Source: Lachnospiraceae bacterium
GTDB taxonomy: Bacteria > Bacteroidota > Bacteroidia > Bacteroidales > UBA932
Reading direction: 5' to 3'
Assembly: GCA_963604455.1 (NCBI GenBank)
Contig: CAVCRL010000009.1
Coordinates: 1,817 to 33,816 of the forward strand
Length of the DNA stretch: 32,000 nt
Shown: positions 16,942 through 23,983 of the stretch, in pieces
Layout: each line of letters begins with the position of its first letter
Position numbering within the stretch: the first letter of the stretch is position 1
Notes under the pieces: generated by a model
What the model was told of the DNA's origin: nothing
Seen by the model: only the letters and a program-made list of their open reading frames with translations
The model's database searches: none
Made by a program: the position numbers and the translations under genes

Positions 16942-18495
16942 TTACTTTATCCAGCGAATCTTATATTTCTCTATCGTGATGGGGGCGTGCCTCGCGATAA
17001 CAGGATGCTGATGGATGCCATATTTCACTCCGCTCTTGAATGACGAGCCCTTGGTCAAGGTAGCCACATAATCAGGATGTTTCATCGGACGGACAAACGG
17101 ATTGTAGCGTCTCACGTCAATCCGGATTGCCCAGTCACTGTCCGGCACGGCCAAGAAAGAGGCACCCTTGCCCAAATCCACCTTATCCAGATTGTTCGCC
17201 TTTTTCTTTTCCGTAACGGGGGTACCTTCTTTTGAGACTTCAAACTTGCCGTTGATGCGATAAAAATCAGACCGATTACGTAAGAAGGCCTGGATCACCA
17301 TCATTATGTACAGGATGACAAGCACGGCAATCAGACAACAAAGCCATAAAGGGAGCGGATAACAGAACACGGTACGGCTCACCGGAGCGGCAGCACGCAT
17401 CGTAGGAGCCGCAAAGCCCAATTTGCCCAGTTCAGCCTCATAGGGGACATCAAACGAGGCTTCCGCAATAACATCACCGGCAAATTTCCGAAACGATGGG
17501 CAAAGCACGCTGTTCCCCTGATGGCGGAACTTTCCTGCAGCCAGTTTCACTTCCTCCTCGTTCGCATTCTTAGGTAACTTTGATTTGAATTCGTACCCTT
17601 CGGCCGTCGAGCCGACCGAATCCACACGCAAGACATCATACACAGGATTGGGCCTCCAGGACACTTTTATGTCAAGATTTCCATCAACATCCATAGAAGG
17701 TGCTATCGAAAAACCGTCCGGTTCAATCTTGCCTGCGACCAGAGCATAGAACTTGTCCAAAAGGATAGCGTTCTTCCGCTGTGTGAACCAGTCAGACAGA
17801 GCTTTGCCGTTGGCAATCGGAACGTGGCTGAAGCCGAACCGTTTCGGGAACACGCTGCGGACCCTCTCAAGGTCTCGTCCGCTTCCGGGAAGCTGGAGAG
17901 CGAACACATAGACGTCGTTCCCCGCCTGCTCAGTCGCGAACCTCCGAGCCACGCCATCCCAGTCCTCGCGTCCCCTGCGGGCCGCCGAAGGGTCGTGAAG
18001 GAAGTCCGTGATGATGAAGACAAACTTCAAACGGCTGCGGTCTATCTGTTTCATATCATCCGCAAGATAGTGCAGCATATTGTCAAGGTCTGTCCATTTG
18101 AAGTATTTCTCTTTCTCGTAGGCTGTCGTTGGCGTGTCATAGATATGTCCCGCATAGTCGATCAGGTTTGCGATGGTCTCCGCGCTTACCTTTCCCGCGC
18201 TTCCCACCTCATTTACCGCCTCTCCGCCGAACTTGATGATGGACACATAATCCCCCTGCTGAAGCGAGCGGAAAAACTCACCCAACGCCGGGACCACCGT
18301 CTCCTTGAACCTCCCCATCGTACCCGACACATCAATCGCGAAGATATAATCCGCCCTCTGCCCCTCAAGTTCCTTCCCGAACTTCTCCATAAGCATAGGA
18401 TAATCAGCCCTCAAGGCCTCCATTCCCCCAACCTGAGAGAACAGCGGTGCCGCAACGAGCGTCAATGTGATCAGTAGAGTAGTTATTTTCTTCAT
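16942..18495 (-). CDS. Secreted, single-pass membrane-anchored von Willebrand factor A (vWA) domain protein
   Basis: 517 aa, organised as follows:
- a signal peptide (MKKITTLLITLTLVAAPLFSQ);
- a vWA MIDAS-type motif, YIFAIDVSGTMG (DVSGT encoded at 18319-18333), with a later FVFIITDFLHD strand;
- a strongly hydrophobic TM segment (FCYPLPLWLCCLIAVLVILYIMMVIQAF) at residues ~377-405;
- a ~110-aa beta-rich C-terminal tail. Confidence 0.75.
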   Translation of the reverse strand: MKKITTLLITLTLVAAPLFSQVGGMEALRADYPMLMEKFGKELEGQRADYIFAIDVSGTMGRFKETVVPALGEFFRSLQQGDYVSIIKFGGEAVNEVGSAGKVSAETIANLIDYAGHIYDTPTTAYEKEKYFKWTDLDNMLHYLADDMKQIDRSRLKFVFIITDFLHDPSAARRGREDWDGVARRFATEQAGNDVYVFALQLPGSGRDLERVRSVFPKRFGFSHVPIANGKALSDWFTQRKNAILLDKFYALVAGKIEPDGFSIAPSMDVDGNLDIKVSWRPNPVYDVLRVDSVGSTAEGYEFKSKLPKNANEEEVKLAAGKFRHQGNSVLCPSFRKFAGDVIAEASFDVPYEAELGKLGFAAPTMRAAAPVSRTVFCYPLPLWLCCLIAVLVILYIMMVIQAFLRNRSDFYRINGKFEVSKEGTPVTEKKKANNLDKVDLGKGASFLAVPDSDWAIRIDVRRYNPFVRPMKHPDYVATLTKGSSFKSGVKYGIHQHPVIARHAPITIEKYKIRWIK

Positions 18496-18515
18496 AAGAG
18501 TGGTTCTAATTGCTA

Positions 18516-18523
18516 CAAAGATA
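18516..18523 (-). promoter_or_regulatory. Candidate -7 box (TATCTTTG) upstream of the vWA gene
   Basis: The reverse complement of 18516-18523 is TATCTTTG (TAnnTTTG), 21-28 nt upstream of the vWA ATG (18495). No clean -33 TTTG is seen at the expected spacing. Confidence 0.3.
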
Positions 18524-18598
18524 GGAAAAATAATCTATTCTGTCATTGTTGTTTTCCATTGTTTTCACATTAATATCACATTCCCCATAGGTTGGAAA

Positions 18599-18977
18599 GT
18601 CTCAGTACCGCTCTCGCAGTAGACTAAATGAACGAAATGAAGAAGATTCAGGATCAGAGTGTCATCGAGTCTCAATACCGCTCTCGCAGTAGACTAAATG
18701 AACAATGCCAATCAAAACCGAACGCTCGGCGGCTGCACGTCTCAATACCGCTCTCGCAGTAGACTAAATGAACACACAGGAATTCCCCGCAAAACTGCTG
18801 CTAATGTCTCAATACCGCTCTCGCAGTAGACTAAATGAACACGTATCATGTCAGCGCAGATGAACGGAATCTTGTCTCAATACCGCTCTCGCAGTAGACT
18901 AAATGAACTCGACGGCGCAACTTGCAATGTTGAGGGAAGCGTGTCTCAATACCGCTCTCGCAGTAGACTAAATGAAC
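18599..18977 (-). CRISPR. CRISPR array of 6 x 35-nt repeats and 5 spacers (35, 35, 32, 33, 34 nt)
   Basis: Repeats occupy 18599-18633, 18669-18703, 18739-18773, 18806-18840, 18874-18908 and 18943-18977, reading gtctcaataccgctctcgcagtagactaaatgaac on the plus strand. Only the first (cas-distal) repeat carries a substitution (A7G), consistent with the leader lying on the cas2 side. On the minus strand the repeat reads GTTCATTTAGTCTACTGCGAGAGCGGTATTGAGAC. It ends in ATTGAGAC, which resembles the ATTGAAA(C/G) 8-nt crRNA 5'-handle, so minus-strand transcription is inferred. Confidence 0.95.
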
Positions 18978-19454
18978 AGCATCGGTTTCAATGGATTAGA
19001 TTTTCATATGAAATAATGCTGCTTTGCTCTCATCCTGATGGTCAACGCCTTGCTCCATTTGTTCATTTCTTTCGCAAAAGTAATGGTTTTTATGCAATAA
19101 AACAAGAGATTTCAAGCGACATCTCAAGCCAACTTTGCTGATAATAAAGCCATTAGAAGTCCTATTTATTTTCGCAAACCTTTGCGGGTCAATTCAATCA
19201 TAATGGTTTTGCGAAAATCCGTCCCGAAACCACAGAATCAAACCATTGATAATCAACCTATCACAAAATACACGGTTGAAAATCTTCTAAAATGGCCCAA
19301 GGATTTCCGAACTTCCGAGGTTTTCGAATTATCGTTCAACAGCCAAAGGCGTCAGGTCAAACGTAAAGCCCCAAAGGCAAACGAATTAGCCATAAAGCCA
19401 ATTTTCGCAAATGTTTTTCAATATGTCAAAGAACGTAGACGGGGACCTGTAAAG
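18978..19454 (-). promoter_or_regulatory. Putative CRISPR leader (477 nt, AT-rich, non-coding) with a candidate -7 box and a recurring 9-mer
   Basis: It lies between cas2 and the intact proximal repeat. The reverse complement of 19075-19082 is TACTTTTG (TAnnTTTG), ~98 nt upstream of the first repeat. TTTCGCAAA or its complement occurs 4 times (see findings). No convincing ORF is present on either strand. Confidence 0.5.
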
Positions 19455-19751
19455 TCAGCAAATAGCCACATTGTCCAAATTACGCCGCTTGTCAGGCAAT
19501 CGTACTATTTTCGTGTAGCAATTCATACACAATGAGTAATAAATCACACTATCTTCCTTGAGGTCAATTATTTCGGCAACTTTAGCCTCAAGATCCTCAA
19601 ATTGCCTGTCAGTCATCATACACTCAAAAACACTGAAGTTCGCGCGCACACCATACCTTTCGAGAAGTTTTCCCACCTTCTCGCGCCGTTTGTTGTCTGC
19701 TACATCATAGGCAACAACACAAAAATTCTTCTTTGCACGCATACTCACCAT
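19455..19751 (-). CDS. cas2: CRISPR-associated endoribonuclease Cas2
   Basis: 98 aa. The N-terminal beta-strand with the catalytic Asp (FCVVAYDVADNKRREKVGKLLERYG...VNFSVFEC) is typical of Cas2. The gene overlaps the RT-cas1 stop by 7 nt. Confidence 0.9.
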   Translation of the reverse strand: MVSMRAKKNFCVVAYDVADNKRREKVGKLLERYGVRANFSVFECMMTDRQFEDLEAKVAEIIDLKEDSVIYYSLCMNCYTKIVRLPDKRRNLDNVAIC

Positions 19752-22024
19752 TTTGCTATATACGGCCTATACATCGCTCCATTATCAATATAATTCGCGA
19801 TTTCCAGGACTTGAGTGTTTATTATATCTGTCAACCGTGTTTCGACACCACGATATTTCTCATAACGGTTGAGTCGCTCAAAAATATTCTTTACCAATAG
19901 TTTCCGTGTCGAAGCATCCAACTTTCCATCGGACATCGCCAATGGCTCTTTCTTTTGGATAAGCGAGATCACGACCCGTTCTACGGCTTGGGCACGGAAT
20001 AACTCAATGATGTCATAGACGAAAGTAGGCTTACCCTGTTGCGGAATATGAATAACACTTATGGTAGGGTTCAACCTCCTCCAAAGCAGAGCCTGCCACA
20101 CACGAGGATAAATCATCGCATAGCCATAATTCAACATACAATTCATCAAATCAGTGGCACCTTGTCTGGTTCTCTTCTCAAAGTCAACATCATCATCCGA
20201 AATCAGTTCCCTTATGTAAGCCCAATACAACTCGGCGCAATGAGCCTCCTGCGCCATCATCTTGGCGCGATACTCCGGGTTATCGACGCAGTCCATAACC
20301 TTAGCCAAACATTCCGCTATGCGCGGAAGAGCATCTTCATAAACATCACAAAGTTTCTTCGAGGTCGTCTTGTGATACTTATGGAAATACTTCATCAGGT
20401 TCAACTGATTCTTCATCTTTCCTTGCAATATCTTTGCAGCCAAACGACTCTGACAGGCAAGCGTCATTGAAGATTGCTTCTGCCACAACGAAGTGCTTAT
20501 GTGTCTCTGCGTCATCAGGCTGCCTTGGTGCATTCCGGACCAGGAGAAAAAGTGAATTCCAATCTTGTGATTCACACAATATTTGACAAGGTTACTGGAG
20601 ATAGTCACGCCCTCGCACATAACACAGATGCGCTCCAAATTAGAAATCGAAGGGATCTTCTTTTTCTTTCCAGCCACTCTCATCACCAATCCATATTCAC
20701 TTGCCCCTAAATATGTTCCGGGAGTTGTTATCACTAGATCCGTTGTCTCACCCTCTTTCTTCCTATATTCAAGTTTCTTCTGCTGAATAGCCTTCTTTAC
20801 TTCTTTGTCCCCATCAGACTTCGCTTTATTACTAGCCTTCAAGTAGGAATAATGTTGAAGCAACCCATCCCTCAAAGACTCTGCCCTAAGAACATTATCC
20901 GGAGAAATGAAGCTGATCTCCTTCAAAGCATCACGTAATACCCACTTGTTTGGAATCTGGGAATATTGCTCCGTCACAACATCACAAAGATGCCCTATCA
21001 GGATTTTGTCCAAATAAGCCAGATCATCTTTGGTGACCAAAGGAACATAGTACCTCAATATCGCCGAAATGCTCTCTTTACCTTTCTTATCAAAGCCTTG
21101 CCCGTCCCATTCAAGTTGACGGATGCGCTGCCTCAACTCATCTTTTTTCTTTTCTGACAAATAGATATGACGATTGTCAATCATCACTCCAAGGAATTCA
21201 AATCCATCCTTAATCAATGAGACAGACGGAGGATTCAGCGTCAATTTGAGACGTTCAGTCAGAAAAGCCGAGCCTTCAGTCAGCCAAGCTTCGGCATGCT
21301 CCTGAGATTCGCAACAGATTATGAAGTCATCGGCATAACGGACATATTGGCTCGTTCTGGACAGCACATATTGGTCAAACGGCGTGAGATAATAATTTGC
21401 CAGCAATGGTGAAAGCACAGCTCCCTGAGGGACACCGACGGTCACGTCTTGCCAATGTGAGGATTTGTTGACAACTCCCATTTTCACACACAATTGGAGC
21501 AGCGACAGCATATCCTCATCAGCAATCAGAGGTGTCAAACGCTTAAACAACAATGAATGATCAATGTTGTCAAAATAGTTATCGATGTCAAGGCGCAATA
21601 AGTACGGTGTCTTTTTGCTCTGGCAACAGTACCTTGCGGCTTTAACCGCTTTTGTGTGTCCCTTGCCGGGACGATAGCCATAACTATTCGGAACAAACAC
21701 TTTCTCGAATCTCGGTTCCACCAAAATTTTCACCGCCTGCTGGACTACCTTGTCACGCACGCTCAGCAGTCCCAAACGACGAACTTCATTCGATTTTTTA
21801 GGAATATTCACCCGCAAATACGGCTCAGGACGCCACCTCCGCTGACGCAACTCCTCAAGCAACTCCGTCAAATAGGTGCCAAGCCGCTCTTCAAACTGCA
21901 GCAACGACACTCCATCCACTCCACCCGCAGAGCCTTTCTGTTTGACAATTTTCCACGCGTCAAACAGAAGAGACTGCGAGCAGAGTCTGGAATAAAGAGG
22001 TGGTCTGGTTGAGCCTGATGCCAT
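19745..22024 (-). CDS. cas1: Reverse transcriptase-Cas1 fusion protein
   Basis: The N-terminal half has group-II-intron-like RT motifs (RLDIDNYFDNIDH; GVPQGAVLSPLLAN; YVRYADDFIICC). The C-terminal half is Cas1 (VMCEGVTISSNLVKYCVNHKIGIHFFSWSG; NCMLNYGYAMIY; SVIHIPQQGKPTFVYDIIELFR). The first ATG is at 22024; the track start at 22054 is a TTG overlapping cmr6. Confidence 0.9.
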   Translation of the reverse strand: MASGSTRPPLYSRLCSQSLLFDAWKIVKQKGSAGGVDGVSLLQFEERLGTYLTELLEELRQRRWRPEPYLRVNIPKKSNEVRRLGLLSVRDKVVQQAVKILVEPRFEKVFVPNSYGYRPGKGHTKAVKAARYCCQSKKTPYLLRLDIDNYFDNIDHSLLFKRLTPLIADEDMLSLLQLCVKMGVVNKSSHWQDVTVGVPQGAVLSPLLANYYLTPFDQYVLSRTSQYVRYADDFIICCESQEHAEAWLTEGSAFLTERLKLTLNPPSVSLIKDGFEFLGVMIDNRHIYLSEKKKDELRQRIRQLEWDGQGFDKKGKESISAILRYYVPLVTKDDLAYLDKILIGHLCDVVTEQYSQIPNKWVLRDALKEISFISPDNVLRAESLRDGLLQHYSYLKASNKAKSDGDKEVKKAIQQKKLEYRKKEGETTDLVITTPGTYLGASEYGLVMRVAGKKKKIPSISNLERICVMCEGVTISSNLVKYCVNHKIGIHFFSWSGMHQGSLMTQRHISTSLWQKQSSMTLACQSRLAAKILQGKMKNQLNLMKYFHKYHKTTSKKLCDVYEDALPRIAECLAKVMDCVDNPEYRAKMMAQEAHCAELYWAYIRELISDDDVDFEKRTRQGATDLMNCMLNYGYAMIYPRVWQALLWRRLNPTISVIHIPQQGKPTFVYDIIELFRAQAVERVVISLIQKKEPLAMSDGKLDASTRKLLVKNIFERLNRYEKYRGVETRLTDIINTQVLEIANYIDNGAMYRPYIAKW

Positions 22025-22035
22025 TATATCACGTT

Positions 22036-23241
22036 TTAGATTCTTTTCAAGCAACCATAACCGACATTCGTCTTGGCTCCAATTCCAATATCTTCAAGAA
22101 TTGATGTGCAGAGATTCAATTTATTCTCCGAAGTGATTCTTACTGTGCCTTCTTGATAATCAGTAAATTTATAACAGAACGAAAATATTATCCCAGAGCA
22201 AACCTTCACAATCTTGATAGGAACAGGTGGATCCAAAGGTCCGCCAGTATGAGGAGTCAGGTAGTCGTCTGTTATAACTTTAGATATTCCTTCTGGTCCA
22301 ACAACCAATGCATCAGCAAAAACATCCGCACCATTCGTACCAGCAAGGCCAAACATATTATTTCTAAGCCGTAAAATAAGGTCTCTGCCTCCTTCTGATA
22401 ATGTAATATTTGTAAATACGGAAAGTTCTTTCAGTATATTAAAAATATATTGCAAACGAGACTCGTCCTTATCATCATTAGGGAACACACTTCTTATCAC
22501 ACCTTTTACAGAAGATCCTGGAATCACTGGTAAACCAGAGGTATAGTCGAACTGCAAACCAGTCTTTATCGCATCATTATCAGGGATTCCGTGTGACAAA
22601 CCGCCTCCGATTATCAGTCCTGGAGCGATAACTTTCATTCTTTGGGAAACAAAGTCGCCGGCCAAAGATTCAATTATTTGCATATTCACACGCAATGAAG
22701 GATTCAATGCCCTTGAACCTTGTGACGGGATATATGTACTGTGGCTAAAACGATATCCAAGATTAGCCGTGGCATCTACTTCCTCAACTTCTATTCTATG
22801 TATTTCTCCATAGTTTACACGAGGACTCGGACTCCATCCTTCAACGTCACTTGTAGCAAATAGCCTCAACGCTATTTTTAGCACAGTTGCAGCATTCAGC
22901 ACATCCTTCTCAAATGTTTGCCTTTGAGAAGAAGCCGTGTTATGCACATACCAACCAGACAAAGACAAAGTCCGAAGATCATTGTACCTTTGACCCGATG
23001 CCCGGATTAGATAATTCTTTATCACAATCGGAATTCCTCTCCTAACTTTCGAGTCAGAAACGGGATTCTCATAAACAGCCAAAGCAGCAGCAAATCCACA
23101 TTGCGAGACAGTAGCGCCAAACGAAGAAAAACTTGATTTGAACTCTTTCGCATAGGTTCCTCTGCTGTCAACAACGCCGACCTCTGTCAAAGATTCAACA
23201 GCAAACCCGATTTGCTCATATGAAGGTTTAAATGGCTTCAT
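22036..23241 (-). CDS. cmr6: Type III-B RAMP protein Cmr6 with an N-terminal Cmr5-like (small subunit) extension
   Basis: 401 aa. The C-terminal ~260 aa carry RAMP motifs (PVIPGSSVKGVIRSVF; the glycine-rich end GIGAKTNVGYGC). The N-terminal ~135 aa are helical, with SSFGATVSQCGFAAALAVY and VLNAATVLKIALRLFA resembling the Cmr5 motifs (P.mI..nGL.qtlAFL ; a...l.W.kRfA). There is no separate cmr5 ORF between cmr4 and cmr6. Confidence 0.75.
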   Translation of the reverse strand: MKPFKPSYEQIGFAVESLTEVGVVDSRGTYAKEFKSSFSSFGATVSQCGFAAALAVYENPVSDSKVRRGIPIVIKNYLIRASGQRYNDLRTLSLSGWYVHNTASSQRQTFEKDVLNAATVLKIALRLFATSDVEGWSPSPRVNYGEIHRIEVEEVDATANLGYRFSHSTYIPSQGSRALNPSLRVNMQIIESLAGDFVSQRMKVIAPGLIIGGGLSHGIPDNDAIKTGLQFDYTSGLPVIPGSSVKGVIRSVFPNDDKDESRLQYIFNILKELSVFTNITLSEGGRDLILRLRNNMFGLAGTNGADVFADALVVGPEGISKVITDDYLTPHTGGPLDPPVPIKIVKVCSGIIFSFCYKFTDYQEGTVRITSENKLNLCTSILEDIGIGAKTNVGYGCLKRI

Positions 23242-23965
23242 TATTTCCAGAATTTGAGTAAACCGTTATCTTACAAAGTCCATAGCCGACAGTAGCATTC
23301 GCCCCAATCTGAACAACAGTATTGCTGATGGCTTTGACAAAAGACTCATCTATATCTCCTTCATATAAAACAAATGCCGCAAGGCGACTTCTCCTTGGAA
23401 GCACCTGTTCATACCATAAGTTTGCGCTGATTCCATTCTCAAGGTAATTTCTTGCTATTACCGGAAGATGCTCATCATCAGCAAAATTCTGCAAGAATTT
23501 ATTTGCATCAAGCATAATTTCTTCATCTCCGACCATAATTCTCGTCATACCTTTGCTGCACTCAATTGCATCTTGAATAGCACTTCCCCCACCAAATAAT
23601 TGTGCCTCATTTCTCAACTCATCAAGGACTTCCTGACAAGACACCAATCGATATGGATAATTTTCGATGTTAGTAATATCCGGCATAGCCAACAGCATTG
23701 CATCAGTAAATCGATATGCGCCAGGTTTGCAGGCCAATGCGTTCTGGTCATCAACTTTTTTCCCGAATATTTTTTCAGTGATGTCATTATGCAATAACTT
23801 TGAACAATGCTCACGAAGAGCTCCTTTCAAACTTGATGAGAAGATACAGGGGATCCCTGTGACCGGATCCCTTTGAATGAGCTTGTCGATAAGACCATCG
23901 TTGTCTTTTCCACTGCCTACCTGCAAATTGCTTATGCAGTCAATTATTAATAATGATACATTCAT
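23228..23965 (-). CDS. cmr4: Type III-B RAMP backbone subunit Cmr4
   Basis: 245 aa. LQVGSGKDNDGLIDKLIQRDPVTGIPCIFSSSLKGALREH matches the Cmr4/Csm3 N-terminal motif, including the Asp at the position of the target-RNA-cleaving residue. The C-terminal glycine-rich loop is IGANATVGYGLC. Confidence 0.85.
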   Translation of the reverse strand: MNVSLLIIDCISNLQVGSGKDNDGLIDKLIQRDPVTGIPCIFSSSLKGALREHCSKLLHNDITEKIFGKKVDDQNALACKPGAYRFTDAMLLAMPDITNIENYPYRLVSCQEVLDELRNEAQLFGGGSAIQDAIECSKGMTRIMVGDEEIMLDANKFLQNFADDEHLPVIARNYLENGISANLWYEQVLPRRSRLAAFVLYEGDIDESFVKAISNTVVQIGANATVGYGLCKITVYSNSGNNEAI

Positions 23966-23983
23966 AATCTGACATTTTATTCG

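Noticed and set aside
19011-19046. Possible seventh, degenerate CRISPR repeat one spacer-length beyond the last repeat
   Set aside because: Only short islands (gctctc, caac) match, and these are offset by about 3 nt relative to the repeat register. The similarity is too weak to call.
18848-19141. 97-aa plus-strand ORF spanning the last CRISPR repeats and part of the leader
   Set aside because: The peptide contains the repeat translated over and over (SQYRSRSRLNE...). It is an artefact of reading through the array, not a gene.
19182-19535. 117-aa plus-strand ORF in the leader, running antisense into cas2
   Set aside because: It starts at a TTG, has a basic low-complexity composition typical of AT-rich non-coding DNA, has no recognisable motif, and overlaps the well-supported cas2 on the opposite strand.
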